64,000 nucleotides of DNA. Origin: Alphaproteobacteria bacterium. Its GTDB lineage: Bacteria > Pseudomonadota > Alphaproteobacteria > JAAXGF01. Where the stretch lies: NCBI GenBank assembly GCA_965218865.1, contig CBDCME010000073.1, forward strand, positions 289,158-353,157. Direction: 5' to 3'. The translations under genes and the position numbers were made by a program. This document shows, in pieces, positions 9,540-20,435 of this stretch. Under the pieces are notes generated by a model. It did not search any database, was not told the origin of the DNA, and worked only from the letters and a program-made list of their open reading frames with translations. Every line of letters starts with the position of its first letter. The first letter of the stretch is position 1.

Positions 9540-10662
9540 TTAATGGCTTCGCGTCACCGGACGACGTATTGCGGTCCGGTGCCTTGCCCGCGCGGCGCGG
9601 ACCTCCTCCAGGCGTTCCCAAGCGATCCGATTGGCCATCGCGTTCGTCGCCATGGCTTGCTCGTCGGCACGGCCGAATAAATTCAGCAGTCGGTCGTGGA
9701 GCCGAGCCACGTGGGCCAGGGCGACGACTGAATCGAAGTGCGCGCCACGGTACGCGATTTCATAGGAAACGTAGATCAGGCCGCCGGCGTTGATTACGTA
9801 ATCCGGAGCATAAAGGATTCCCCGCGCCAGCAAGGCGCCGCCATGGTGGGTTTCGGCCAGTTGATTATTGGCCGACCCGGCGACGATCGTTGCCTTGAGG
9901 CGCGGAACCGTGTCGTCGTTCAGGACAGCGCCCAAGGCGCAAGGCGCCAGGACGTCCGCCTCGACGTCGTAGATTTCTTCCGCCGCGACGGCCGTGGCGC
10001 CGTGGCGTTCTCGAACCGCGCGAACCGCGTCCGCGTCGATATCCGTAACGGTGAGCCGCGCCCCGTCCTTGGCGAGATGCTCGCACAGCTTGGCGCCGAC
10101 TTGGCCCAGTCCTTGTACCGCGATCACGATTCCGTCGAGTCTCTCGCGCCCGAGCCGGTTGCCTGATGGCGGCTCTGATGCCGTGATAGACCCCCCACGC
10201 CGTCGCCGGAGAAGGATCTCCGCCGCCCTCGCCGATACCCGCGACATGGGGCGTTTCCTGGCGGACGACATCCATGTCGGCGACACCCATGCCGACGTCC
10301 TCGGCGATGATGTAACGGCCCTGTAGGGAATCGACGAATCTGCCGAAGCGCCGGAGCAGGGCCTCGCTCTTGTCGCTTCGGGAATCACCGATAACGACCG
10401 ATTTGCCGCCACCAAGGTGGAGCCCCGCCATCGCGGCCTTGTAGGTCATACCGCGCGACAGCCTCAGAACATCGTCCAGGGCCTCCTCGTCGCTCCCATA
10501 CGGCCACATGCGGCAACCACCGAGCGCCGGCCCCAGGGTCGTATCGTGAATCGCGACGATGGCTTTCAGCCCGACCCGGGCATCGTGAAAAAACACGGCC
10601 TCGTCGTGGTGCGCGAAGCTCTTGGCGTAATAGACGACCATGGCGGGATACGGGGTAATCAC
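9540..10662 (-). pseudogene. Glu/Leu/Phe/Val dehydrogenase (leucine-dehydrogenase-like), single frameshift near 10155-10165
   Basis: The N-terminal half (frame of 9865..10662) carries the catalytic GGGK motif ([11 protein letters not shown]). The C-terminal Rossmann half ([13 protein letters not shown] ... PDYVINAGG) lies in the frame of 9540..10415. The junction falls after [11 protein letters not shown]. Confidence 0.7.
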
Positions 10663-10686
10663 GGCGGATGCGCACCGCCCCGCGGA

Positions 10687-13170
10687 GCAATGGCATTTCT
10701 TTAAGGATTCGGCGTCATTTCCTTAAGGAGGCGCTCCGTACCAGGCAGCTTGCGCCTCTTGGACCGCGTATCGCTGCGTCACGCCACCGTGCGCGCCCTC
10801 TGGGTCCACTTGCCGCGCGGCTTCATTGATCGCCGTGGATATGATCGCCCCGGCCGCAGCCTGCTGCGCACCGAGAGGATCCGCTCTGCCATCCAGTCAA
10901 GGATCACGGCCAGTGCCGCTGTCCGGGCGAGCATCAGTTCCTCCAGGCTCGCCGCCATGATCGCGAGCGCGTTGCTGAAGTTCGTCGTTTGCCGTTTTCT
11001 GCCCTCCTCGCAGAGATCTTCCAGCAGCCCGTCGCCGCGATTTGACAGCAGCCGCGTCATGGCGATCAGGTTGAAGTGGGCGTAGAGTTCCTGGCGAATG
11101 CCCCTCCCGGTCCGGCCATGAAACTCGTCCACCGCGATCATGGTCTTGGAAGTCTTGTAGAGTTCCTCAATGCCCCATCTCCCGTGATACAGGCTGGAGA
11201 GGTCGTCCCGGGTGTAGCGGTCCCGATCGACCAGCGTGGTGGCGAGGGTGTATTCATCTTGCCCCGCCTTGTACTTGACCAGCCGCAGTTCCACCGGGTC
11301 GAGAGGTTTCCCGGGAAACGCGGCACGGAGGTCACACAACGCGGTGTTCTTCGGGACGGCCCGGACGAGGGCGTCGTCCTGGCCGCCGTCGATGAAGCCG
11401 GTGAAGGCGGCCGCGCTGTTGCGCTTGAGCCGGAACACCGGGTGCAGGCCGCGCGAGACCATGGCGTGCAGAAGCACGAACGAGAAGTAGCCGCGGTCGA
11501 GGACCACGACATCGCCCGGCGACAGGGCATAGAGATGGGCGAGCGCTGCGGTCCGCTCGTCGGCATTGGCCGACAGGGAGAAGTCGACCGGCGTCTTCGT
11601 GTCGAGGCGGTACAGGCAGGACACCAGCCCCTGCGGATAGTGGGTGTTGGCGTTGGGGAGCGGGTAGCCGGCCTCGACCAGCGGGCGGGGCAGGTTCATC
11701 TTGGTTCCGTCGATGGCGAAGGTACGGTGGTCCTTCCATCGGCCGCCGTCTCCGCCGTGACGGAGGATTTCCCGGTGCAGGTCAAGGAACAGGTCCTCGT
11801 GCACCCGGGCCCGGGCCTTGCAGATCGACGAGGCGGCCACCGGCTGGCGCTGCGGCAGTGCGATCCCCAGCTTCCGGCACTGGTCCCACAACTCCGCGAT
11901 CACGGTGGCGTAGCCCTTGCCGCCCCTGGACAGGACCAAGCGGAACACGAAGAGCATGACGATCAGGCTGTTCAGGACCCGTCGCCGCCGCATCCACTTC
12001 CGATCATGCGCTGCGGCCAGCTCGCCGGCCGCATCGATGATCTTCATCCACATCGCGACGAACGGATCGTCACACACCGGGCGCGGGGGCTTCGGCCGCT
12101 TCGGCGGACGGCTTTCGCCCTTCAGAACCGTGCGGAAGTCGGGATCGAGGGGCATGACGAGGATCTCCTTCGGCGGCTTGGTCCGGCTTCCGCCCCGATG
12201 ACCGGCCGTCATGCCGACCTTCTCCCAGTTGGCGGCCCGGTAACTTGCGCCGTCGTGGCGCGTCGGATCTACGAAGGTCTCGCAGAGAACCGGCCGGCAC
12301 CCGTGCCGCTGCTGCCACACGTCCGCAAGCCGGCGCACCGCCATCGCAAGGGCCCGGGAGGCGAGATTGTCAACCCGGACCCAAGGCAGGATCAGGAAGC
12401 GGCTGTTCGAGACCGCAAGATGCGGCCGCCGGTCGCGGTCCGCCCCGGTCCATCCGACCCACGCATCGCGAGCGGGCAGCGTCCTCGCCGCCGCCTCGAA
12501 AAGCAGGCAGCCGAGGCGGCGCCCTTCGCGGTCGAGAACGAACCAGCGCAGGTGCGGTCCGAACGGACGGGGACAGCCGAGCCAGTGGTGCCGGTCAACC
12601 AGTTCGTTCCACTCGGCGACCTCCGCCGGCTCCGTCGCCAAGTGCAGCGACAGCGGCTCCAGCCCGGCCAGGCCGCAGGCGATCTCCGGATCCGGCTCAG
12701 ACCGTTCGGTGTGCTCGATTGCCCGGCGCGGCCCCGATGCAGTGTTCCGCTTCGCCGGCAGGGTCAGGATCCCGCTCTCCTCCAGGCTCTCCAGCATGCG
12801 CAGGCAGGCCGCCACCCGGTAGTCGCCTTTCGGTGTGGTCCATCTCAAGTGCTCGCAGATCGTCTTGGCCAGCTCGTTGCGGCTGAGAGCCGGGAACAGG
12901 GACACGGTCTCTTGAACATCGGCGATCTGCCGCCTCGTCAGGCGGCGGCCGAAGAACGTGGTCGATGCGAGGCTCTCGATTCCAGGATCCATCGCTGCGG
13001 CTCCACCGAGCGAAACGGAAAGGTTCGAGAGTGTCATGCCATGCGGATGGTGGCGTGTCAACCGTTGCTTTGCGCTTACGGCGAGAAAGGTTGAAGGAGC
13101 CTTGAATCAACGGCTTGGGGCGACCGTGAAAATCTGACGCCGGAACTGTCGGCCAACAAAATGCCATTGC
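10687..13170 (-). mobile_element. IS4-like insertion sequence, copy 1 (12-bp TIR GCAATGGCATTT, 8-bp flank CCCGCGGA)
   Basis: 2484 bp. Terminal inverted repeats GCAATGGCATTT / AAATGCCATTGC. CCCGCGGA occurs before copy 1, between the copies, and after copy 2. Confidence 0.8.
10779..13061 (-). CDS. transposase, N-terminal DUF4338 (DruA-like) domain fused to IS4-type DDE domain
   Basis: 760 aa. C-terminal DDE_Tnp_1 motifs (FAIDGT ... VVLDRGY ... YHGRWGIEELYKTSK). The N-terminal ~350 aa carry the motifs WVGW, NSRFLILPW, ETFVD, YRAANW, which are shared with the other two DUF4338 proteins in this window. Confidence 0.8.
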   Translation of the reverse strand: MTRHHPHGMTLSNLSVSLGGAAAMDPGIESLASTTFFGRRLTRRQIADVQETVSLFPALSRNELAKTICEHLRWTTPKGDYRVAACLRMLESLEESGILTLPAKRNTASGPRRAIEHTERSEPDPEIACGLAGLEPLSLHLATEPAEVAEWNELVDRHHWLGCPRPFGPHLRWFVLDREGRRLGCLLFEAAARTLPARDAWVGWTGADRDRRPHLAVSNSRFLILPWVRVDNLASRALAMAVRRLADVWQQRHGCRPVLCETFVDPTRHDGASYRAANWEKVGMTAGHRGGSRTKPPKEILVMPLDPDFRTVLKGESRPPKRPKPPRPVCDDPFVAMWMKIIDAAGELAAAHDRKWMRRRRVLNSLIVMLFVFRLVLSRGGKGYATVIAELWDQCRKLGIALPQRQPVAASSICKARARVHEDLFLDLHREILRHGGDGGRWKDHRTFAIDGTKMNLPRPLVEAGYPLPNANTHYPQGLVSCLYRLDTKTPVDFSLSANADERTAALAHLYALSPGDVVVLDRGYFSFVLLHAMVSRGLHPVFRLKRNSAAAFTGFIDGGQDDALVRAVPKNTALCDLRAAFPGKPLDPVELRLVKYKAGQDEYTLATTLVDRDRYTRDDLSSLYHGRWGIEELYKTSKTMIAVDEFHGRTGRGIRQELYAHFNLIAMTRLLSNRGDGLLEDLCEEGRKRQTTNFSNALAIMAASLEELMLARTAALAVILDWMAERILSVRSRLRPGRSYPRRSMKPRGKWTQRARTVA

Positions 13171-13178
13171 CCCGCGGA

Positions 13179-15662
13179 GCAATGGCATTTCTTTAAGGAT
13201 TCGGCGTCATTTCCTTAAGGAGGCGCTCCGTACCAGGCAGCTTGCGCCTCTTGGACCGCGTATCGCTGCGTCACGCCACCGTGCGCGCCCTCTGGGTCCA
13301 CTTGCCGCGCGGCTTCATTGATCGCCGTGGATATGATCGCCCCGGCCGCAGCCTGCTGCGCACCGAGAGGATCCGCTCTGCCATCCAGTCAAGGATCACG
13401 GCCAGTGCCGCTGTCCGGGCGAGCATCAGTTCCTCCAGGCTCGCCGCCATGATCGCGAGCGCGTTGCTGAAGTTCGTCGTTTGCCGTTTTCTGCCCTCCT
13501 CGCAGAGATCTTCCAGCAGCCCGTCGCCGCGATTTGACAGCAGCCGCGTCATGGCGATCAGGTTGAAGTGGGCGTAGAGTTCCTGGCGAATGCCCCTCCC
13601 GGTCCGGCCATGAAACTCGTCCACCGCGATCATGGTCTTGGAAGTCTTGTAGAGTTCCTCAATGCCCCATCTCCCGTGATACAGGCTGGAGAGGTCGTCC
13701 CGGGTGTAGCGGTCCCGATCGACCAGCGTGGTGGCGAGGGTGTATTCATCTTGCCCCGCCTTGTACTTGACCAGCCGCAGTTCCACCGGGTCGAGAGGTT
13801 TCCCGGGAAACGCGGCACGGAGGTCACACAACGCGGTGTTCTTCGGGACGGCCCGGACGAGGGCGTCGTCCTGGCCGCCGTCGATGAAGCCGGTGAAGGC
13901 GGCCGCGCTGTTGCGCTTGAGCCGGAACACCGGGTGCAGGCCGCGCGAGACCATGGCGTGCAGAAGCACGAACGAGAAGTAGCCGCGGTCGAGGACCACG
14001 ACATCGCCCGGCGACAGGGCATAGAGATGGGCGAGCGCTGCGGTCCGCTCGTCGGCATTGGCCGACAGGGAGAAGTCGACCGGCGTCTTCGTGTCGAGGC
14101 GGTACAGGCAGGACACCAGCCCCTGCGGATAGTGGGTGTTGGCGTTGGGGAGCGGGTAGCCGGCCTCGACCAGCGGGCGGGGCAGGTTCATCTTGGTTCC
14201 GTCGATGGCGAAGGTACGGTGGTCCTTCCATCGGCCGCCGTCTCCGCCGTGACGGAGGATTTCCCGGTGCAGGTCAAGGAACAGGTCCTCGTGCACCCGG
14301 GCCCGGGCCTTGCAGATCGACGAGGCGGCCACCGGCTGGCGCTGCGGCAGTGCGATCCCCAGCTTCCGGCACTGGTCCCACAACTCCGCGATCACGGTGG
14401 CGTAGCCCTTGCCGCCCCTGGACAGGACCAAGCGGAACACGAAGAGCATGACGATCAGGCTGTTCAGGACCCGTCGCCGCCGCATCCACTTCCGATCATG
14501 CGCTGCGGCCAGCTCGCCGGCCGCATCGATGATCTTCATCCACATCGCGATGAACGGATCGTCACACACCGGGCGCGGGGGCTTCGGCCGCTTCGGCGGA
14601 CGGCTTTCGCCCTTCAGAACCGTGCGGAAGTCGGGATCGAGGGGCATGACGAGGATCTCCTTCGGCGGCTTGGTCCGGCTTCCGCCCCGATGACCGGCCG
14701 TCATGCCGACCTTCTCCCAGTTGGCGGCCCGGTAACTTGCGCCGTCGTGGCGCGTCGGATCTACGAAGGTCTCGCAGAGAACCGGCCGGCACCCGTGCCG
14801 CTGCTGCCACACGTCCGCAAGCCGGCGCACCGCCATCGCAAGGGCCCGGGAGGCGAGATTGTCAACCCGGACCCAAGGCAGGATCAGGAAGCGGCTGTTC
14901 GAGACCGCAAGATGCGGCCGCCGGTCGCGGTCCGCCCCGGTCCATCCGACCCACGCATCGCGAGCGGGCAGCGTCCTCGCCGCCGCCTCGAAAAGCAGGC
15001 AGCCGAGGCGGCGCCCTTCGCGGTCGAGAACGAACCAGCGCAGGTGCGGTCCGAACGGACGGGGACAGCCGAGCCAGTGGTGCCGGTCAACCAGTTCGTT
15101 CCACTCGGCGACCTCCGCCGGCTCCGTCGCCAAGTGCAGCGACAGCGGCTCCAGCCCGGCCAGGCCGCAGGCGATCTCCGGATCCGGCTCAGACCGTTCG
15201 GTGTGCTCGATTGCCCGGCGCGGCCCCGATGCAGTGTTCCGCTTCGCCGGCAGGGTCAGGATCCCGCTCTCCTCCAGGCTCTCCAGCATGCGCAGGCAGG
15301 CCGCCACCCGGTAGTCGCCTTTCGGTGTGGTCCATCTCAAGTGCTCGCAGATCGTCTTGGCCAGCTCGTTGCGGCTGAGAGCCGGGAACAGGGACACGGT
15401 CTCTTGAACATCGGCGATCTGCCGCCTCGTCAGGCGGCGGCCGAAGAACGTGGTCGATGCGAGGCTCTCGATTCCAGGATCCATCGCTGCGGCTCCACCG
15501 AGCGAAACGGAAAGGTTCGAGAGTGTCATGCCATGCGGATGGTGGCGTGTCAACCGTTGCTTTGCGCTTACGGCGAGAAAGGTTGAAGGAGCCTTGAATC
15601 AACGGCTTGGGGCGACCGTGAAAATCTGACGCCGGAACTGTCGGCCAACAAAATGCCATTGC
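13179..15662 (-). mobile_element. IS4-like insertion sequence, copy 2 (tandem direct repeat of copy 1)
   Basis: Period 2492 bp (IS plus 8-bp flank). Identical to copy 1 except single-nucleotide differences (V/I in the transposase; T/M in a spurious ORF). Confidence 0.8.
13271..15553 (-). CDS. transposase, DUF4338-IS4 DDE fusion (copy 2)
   Basis: Identical to the 10779..13061 product except one V->I substitution. Confidence 0.8.
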   Translation of the reverse strand: MTRHHPHGMTLSNLSVSLGGAAAMDPGIESLASTTFFGRRLTRRQIADVQETVSLFPALSRNELAKTICEHLRWTTPKGDYRVAACLRMLESLEESGILTLPAKRNTASGPRRAIEHTERSEPDPEIACGLAGLEPLSLHLATEPAEVAEWNELVDRHHWLGCPRPFGPHLRWFVLDREGRRLGCLLFEAAARTLPARDAWVGWTGADRDRRPHLAVSNSRFLILPWVRVDNLASRALAMAVRRLADVWQQRHGCRPVLCETFVDPTRHDGASYRAANWEKVGMTAGHRGGSRTKPPKEILVMPLDPDFRTVLKGESRPPKRPKPPRPVCDDPFIAMWMKIIDAAGELAAAHDRKWMRRRRVLNSLIVMLFVFRLVLSRGGKGYATVIAELWDQCRKLGIALPQRQPVAASSICKARARVHEDLFLDLHREILRHGGDGGRWKDHRTFAIDGTKMNLPRPLVEAGYPLPNANTHYPQGLVSCLYRLDTKTPVDFSLSANADERTAALAHLYALSPGDVVVLDRGYFSFVLLHAMVSRGLHPVFRLKRNSAAAFTGFIDGGQDDALVRAVPKNTALCDLRAAFPGKPLDPVELRLVKYKAGQDEYTLATTLVDRDRYTRDDLSSLYHGRWGIEELYKTSKTMIAVDEFHGRTGRGIRQELYAHFNLIAMTRLLSNRGDGLLEDLCEEGRKRQTTNFSNALAIMAASLEELMLARTAALAVILDWMAERILSVRSRLRPGRSYPRRSMKPRGKWTQRARTVA

Positions 15663-15784
15663 CCCGCGGAGTGGTCGGCATTCGCAACGGCCGTCGAAAT
15701 TGCGCGCGCCAGCATGGCCAATACTTGCCGAGAATCGAAAAAGGGACGCGGCCCGTGTCCCCCTTAGTTTCCGATCACGGACGT

Positions 15785-17923
15785 TCAAGCGGACCGTATC
15801 TCTTCGACAAAGCGTTTAACCTCGGATTGAAGCCCGCTGGCATCCGTTGCCAACTGCTTCGCCGCTTCGAGCACCTGGCCCGCCGCTTGACCGGTTTCCG
15901 CGGCCGCGTCGGACATACCCACGGCGTTGCTCGATACCTCGGCCGTGCCCTTCGCGGCTTCCTGAACGTTGCGGCTGATTTCGCCGGTCGCCGCGCCCTG
16001 TTCCTCGACCGCCGAGGCGATCGTCGTCGCGATCTCGTTCAAGCCTTCGATCGTCTTACCGACGCCTTCGTTGGCGGAAACCGCTTCCTCGGTCGCCTCT
16101 TGGATGGCGTTGATCTGCGCGGCAATCTCCTCGGTCGCCTTGGCGGTCTGATTGGCCAAGCTCTTGACCTCCGACGCCACCACGGCAAAGCCCTTGCCCG
16201 CTTCACCGGCGCGTGCCGCCTCGATCGTCGCGTTCAGCGCCAACAAGTTGGTTTGACCGGCGATGTCGCTGATCATATTGACCACCTCGCCGACCTTTTG
16301 AGCCGCGGAGGCCAGTCCCTGCACGGTGGACGTGTTCCGTTGCGAAGCGCTGACGGCGCCTTGGGACATGTTCGCGGCGTCGCTCACCTGGCGGGCGATC
16401 TCGGCAATCGAACTCGACAGCTCCTCGGCCGCGCCGGCGACCGCCTGGACGTTGGACGAAGCCTGATCGGACGCGGCCGAGACGGCACTCGACTGAGTGC
16501 TCGTTCCCTCCGCCGCCGAGGTCATCGCCTCGGCCGTCTCTTGCAGCTGGCTGGCCGCCGAGGATACCGTCTCGACGACCCCGTTCACGCGGCTCTCGAA
16601 AGTGTCCGCCAATTCCTGGCGTGCCTGGCGCCGATCTTCCTCGGCCTTCTTTGTCATCTGCTCCTGCTCCTCCTCAAGCCGGGTTTTCTCGATCGCATTG
16701 GCCTTGAAGACCTCGACCCGCCTGGCCATGCCGCCGATCTCGTCGGAGCGATCCCGCGCCGGGATTTCGACGCTGGTATCCCCCTTGGCCAAGGAATCCA
16801 TGGCACCCGTGAGATCCCTAACGGGACGCACGATCGAACGGGAAGTGAAAAAGGCCACGACGAAGGCGATCGCCAGACCCGATGCCAACAGAACCCATTC
16901 GATCATCTGCAGCCGGGTCGAGTGCACCATCGAGCTGTCGGCGTCGTCACGTAGAAGCTGGGTCTGAGTTCCGACCATGCCGCCCGACCGGCTGCCGTCG
17001 TCGCTCTTGGCGCCGAGAAGAATATCCATCAGCCGCTCGGCCCGTGGCGCCGCTTCAGTGACCAGGAGATAATTCGGCATGTTCCATTGATCGGAGCCGC
17101 GGATTTCGAACATCTTCTTGGGAAGGCGCCCGAACTCGCCGCGCAATCTGATGAGCATGTTCAAGGATTTCGACTGTTCACTCGTGAACAGGTGCTGGAT
17201 CATGCTGAGATCACCAAAACTGTTATTGTTCTTTTTCCAGTTGCGATCGAAGCTCTCTTTGTCCTTCGGGTCTCCGGTCAGCAGATAGGCCCGCATGTCG
17301 GAGAAGGCCAAGGCGGTCGTGCCGGCGATATCGGCCATCGACGCGAGCAGTTTCCTCCGCTCGCGCGACGCCTTCTGGCCTTTCTCGATCTTGATGACCT
17401 TGTTGATCTCGGCAATGATTTGTTCCGCCGCCGGCGCCGCCTCGGTCAGCAGGATGTTCGTCGCCGGCAGCGCCTCCGGAGTCTGGGCAACGTCTTCCAC
17501 TTTTTGTTGTGCTTGTTCGAAGGCATCCAATTCCGTCTTGAATTCCTCCCACTGCTCGACCTGTACCGGGTCGGTCCAGGCCTGCGACAAACCGTCCATG
17601 TCCTGACGCAGCGTCGCGACGTCTTGCCAAACGGCCGCTCGCTCGGTCTTGAATTCCGGGTTGCCGGTTAGCATCCAGCCCCGCAACGACGCGAACGAGG
17701 CCAGAATCTTCTGCGCCATCGTGCCGCTGGCGAACGCCGTCGGAACGCGTTCCTCGACAATTCGCGTTGTGAACCCGTCAACCTTCGCGACTTCCCACTG
17801 GGTGATCCCCACGGCGCAAACCAACACCAAGGCGACCACCGCGAAACCGGCGATCAGCCTGCAACCGATGTTGAACCGGAAACTTACCAGTTTCGGCAGT
17901 GAAAATTTCGACAAGAATGTCAT
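15785..17923 (-). CDS. methyl-accepting chemotaxis protein
   Basis: 712 aa. N-terminal TM, periplasmic sensor region, second TM, HAMP, and the highly conserved MCP signalling domain ([21 protein letters not shown]). Confidence 0.85.
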   Translation of the reverse strand: MTFLSKFSLPKLVSFRFNIGCRLIAGFAVVALVLVCAVGITQWEVAKVDGFTTRIVEERVPTAFASGTMAQKILASFASLRGWMLTGNPEFKTERAAVWQDVATLRQDMDGLSQAWTDPVQVEQWEEFKTELDAFEQAQQKVEDVAQTPEALPATNILLTEAAPAAEQIIAEINKVIKIEKGQKASRERRKLLASMADIAGTTALAFSDMRAYLLTGDPKDKESFDRNWKKNNNSFGDLSMIQHLFTSEQSKSLNMLIRLRGEFGRLPKKMFEIRGSDQWNMPNYLLVTEAAPRAERLMDILLGAKSDDGSRSGGMVGTQTQLLRDDADSSMVHSTRLQMIEWVLLASGLAIAFVVAFFTSRSIVRPVRDLTGAMDSLAKGDTSVEIPARDRSDEIGGMARRVEVFKANAIEKTRLEEEQEQMTKKAEEDRRQARQELADTFESRVNGVVETVSSAASQLQETAEAMTSAAEGTSTQSSAVSAASDQASSNVQAVAGAAEELSSSIAEIARQVSDAANMSQGAVSASQRNTSTVQGLASAAQKVGEVVNMISDIAGQTNLLALNATIEAARAGEAGKGFAVVASEVKSLANQTAKATEEIAAQINAIQEATEEAVSANEGVGKTIEGLNEIATTIASAVEEQGAATGEISRNVQEAAKGTAEVSSNAVGMSDAAAETGQAAGQVLEAAKQLATDASGLQSEVKRFVEEIRSA

Positions 17924-18560
17924 CCCATTTTCTCCTCATTGTCGCCCTCGCCACGCGCTCAAGATCGCGCCGGTACGGCATCCCTGTTCGCGGCCGGCTA
18001 CGCAAAATTGGATCGAGCGTTTCAGTGGTTGCTTCCCTATGTCGGCCCTTCGAAGCCGACCGACAACCGTGCGTGAACATGGGACCGCCAAAAAATGAGT
18101 AGACTTTATTGCTTAACAAACAACAAACGGCGACGAGGACAAATGGTCCCGATTCCCGGCCGGAATCTAGCCCGTGCGCTGATTTATAATTATTGTGAAG
18201 TGTCTGGTAAGCCCATGATGTTTTGTGGAATCTCGCCGATCAGATCGCCCCATTCGGGAACCATGGATTACTAACGCTGGTCGTTACTTTCCTATTTTCC
18301 AATCTTCTCGGGTCGCGCGGAAAGCACTGAATTCAATCAGGATTCGACCGCGGTTCTCTGTTCGCGCCATCACGGGACGGCGGATCCGCCCCCCTGGCGG
18401 CGCCCCATTGTCGCCATAAAAGCACCGTAGCGTCGGCGATGCCTTGAGCGGGGGTTTATTATGAGGTTTACTCCTAGCGTACGCACCGTTACTCATGCGG
18501 AATGACACCACCAGATTTCACCTCCCCCCTGAGTTCGAGAACTCGTTAACAAACGCGATC

Positions 18561-19310
18561 ATGGCTGGCCATTCCCAGTGGAAAAACATCATGTACCGCA
18601 AGGGCGCGCAGGACGCCAAGCGGTCGCGTTTGTTCACCAGGCTGATCCGCGAGCTCACCGTCGCGGCGCGTTCGGGCCTACCCGATCCCGTGATGAATCC
18701 ACGCTTGCGCGTGGCGATGCAGGCGGCCAAGGCGGCGAACGTACCGAGAGACACCATCGAACGCGCGGTCAAGCGCGGGAGTGATCCCGACCAATCCGAG
18801 ACGTTCGACGAAATTCGGTACGAGGGTTTCGCGCCAGGCGGTGTCGCGGTAATCGTCGAGGCCCTCACCGACAACCGCAACCGAACGGCCGCCGGCGTCC
18901 GGTCCGCGTTCACCAAGAACGGTGGTGCCCTGGCCGGATCGGGAAGCGTCAACTACATGTTCGATCGCGTCGGTTCGATATTTTACCCCTTCGAGGCGGC
19001 GTCGGCGGAGGAAATGCTCGACTCCGCGGCCGACGCGGGCGCGGACGATTGCGATTCCACGGAAATTGGTCACGAGGTGATTTGTGCGGCGGATAAATTC
19101 AACGCCGTTCGCGACGCCCTGGAAGCCCGGCTTGGACTCTGCCAGAACGCACGCCTGACCTGGCGGCCCCAGACGACGATTACGGTGGACGCCGAGCACG
19201 CGCCGACCCTATTCAAATTATTGGAAGCCTTGGAAGAGAGCGACGACGTGCAAACCGTTTCGGCGAACTACGACGTTTCGGACCAGATCATGCAGAAGCT
19301 AGACACCTGA
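18561..19310 (+). CDS. yebC: YebC/PmpR family DNA-binding transcriptional regulator
   Basis: Start at [10 protein letters not shown], the canonical YebC N-terminus. Confidence 0.85.
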   Translation: MAGHSQWKNIMYRKGAQDAKRSRLFTRLIRELTVAARSGLPDPVMNPRLRVAMQAAKAANVPRDTIERAVKRGSDPDQSETFDEIRYEGFAPGGVAVIVEALTDNRNRTAAGVRSAFTKNGGALAGSGSVNYMFDRVGSIFYPFEAASAEEMLDSAADAGADDCDSTEIGHEVICAADKFNAVRDALEARLGLCQNARLTWRPQTTITVDAEHAPTLFKLLEALEESDDVQTVSANYDVSDQIMQKLDT

Positions 19311-19328
19311 GGTAGCGGTGCGCCCATC

Positions 19329-19823
19329 ATGAGAATCCTCGGCCTAGATCCCGGCCTGCGCGCTACCGGGTGGGGCGTCATCGACGTTGGCAGTTCCTCT
19401 CTTCGCCATGTCGCGAACGGCGTACTTCGTCCTCGAACGGAGGCCCCTCTTTCGGTTCGCCTGCTCGAACTCCATGAAGGCCTGCGCGCCGTTATCGACA
19501 GCCACCAGCCCGGATCCGCGGCGGTCGAGGAGACATTCGTCAACGTCAATCCAAGAACGACCTTGCGCCTGGGACAAGCGCGGGGCGTGGTCGTTCTGGC
19601 GCCGGCGATCGCGGGCCTGCCGGTCAGCGAGTACGCGGCGAACGTCGTCAAGAAATCGGTCGTTGGCGCCGGCCACGCCGCCAAGGTTCAAATTGCCGAC
19701 ATGGTACGCCGGCTCCTGCCCGGCTGCCTGCCCACGAGCGCCGACGCCGCCGACGCCTTGGCGGTGGCAATATGTCACGCCCACCACGCCCAAACCCGGA
19801 AACGCTGGTCGGAGACGGGATAG
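19329..19823 (+). CDS. ruvC: crossover junction endodeoxyribonuclease RuvC
   Basis: 164 aa. [19 protein letters not shown] is the typical RuvC N-terminus. Confidence 0.9.
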   Translation: MRILGLDPGLRATGWGVIDVGSSSLRHVANGVLRPRTEAPLSVRLLELHEGLRAVIDSHQPGSAAVEETFVNVNPRTTLRLGQARGVVVLAPAIAGLPVSEYAANVVKKSVVGAGHAAKVQIADMVRRLLPGCLPTSADAADALAVAICHAHHAQTRKRWSETG

Positions 19824-19829
19824 GGTGGC

Positions 19830-20435
19830 ATGATCGGAAAGCTTTCGGGGCAACTCGATTCGTTTGGCGAGGACTGGTCCATCATCGACGTCGGCGGCGT
19901 CGGCTACCTTGTTTACTGCTCGGGCCGAACCTTGTCGGCCATGCCCACGGCGGGCGAAGCGGTAAGCCTCTTCGTCGACACCCATGTGCGGGAAGACCAC
20001 ATCCATCTTTATGGATTTATCCAGGCCGAGGAACGCCGCTGGTTCCGCCTACTCCAGTCCGTGCAAGGGGTTGGCGCCCGGGTCGCGCTCGCGATTCTGA
20101 CGGTCCTCGAGCCGAGCCAATTGGCCCAGGCGATCGCCCTGCGCGACCGCGCCGCGATCTCCCGCGCGAACGGCGTCGGCGGCAAGCTCGCCGGCCGCAT
20201 CCTCGGCGAATTGCGCGACGCCGCGGCGGACTTCGCGAGCACCCCGGAACTCACGCCCATACCCGCCACGGCGGCCCGTGGCGGTGCCGAGGGCGATGCG
20301 ATTTCGGCCCTGATCAACCTCGGCTATCGGCGCGGCGAGGCCGCGACCGCGATCGCCGCCGCGGTCCGCGCGAACGGGCCGGAGACAAAGCTCGAAGCGT
20401 TGATACGCGCCGGCCTGAACGAACTCGCGCGATGA
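19830..20435 (+). CDS. ruvA: Holliday junction branch migration protein RuvA
   Basis: 201 aa. [10 protein letters not shown], helix-hairpin-helix motifs. Confidence 0.9.
   Translation: MIGKLSGQLDSFGEDWSIIDVGGVGYLVYCSGRTLSAMPTAGEAVSLFVDTHVREDHIHLYGFIQAEERRWFRLLQSVQGVGARVALAILTVLEPSQLAQAIALRDRAAISRANGVGGKLAGRILGELRDAAADFASTPELTPIPATAARGGAEGDAISALINLGYRRGEAATAIAAAVRANGPETKLEALIRAGLNELAR

Noticed and set aside
11076-13094. 672-aa plus-strand ORFs antisense to the IS4-like transposase (and 13568..15586)
   Set aside because: Antisense GC-rich frames with Arg/Gly/Pro-dominated composition and no conserved motifs.
10679-15670. Possible CRISPR-like regular repeats
   Set aside because: The regularity comes from two 2.5-kb IS copies, not from short repeat-spacer units. 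No short direct repeats of CRISPR type occur anywhere in the window.
17930-18560. Possible small RNA (6S/tmRNA/tRNA) in the 570-bp gap between the MCP and yebC, and tRNA genes elsewhere
   Set aside because: No cloverleaf-compatible tRNA pattern or recognisable 6S/tmRNA consensus could be identified by eye. No RNA gene is claimed.
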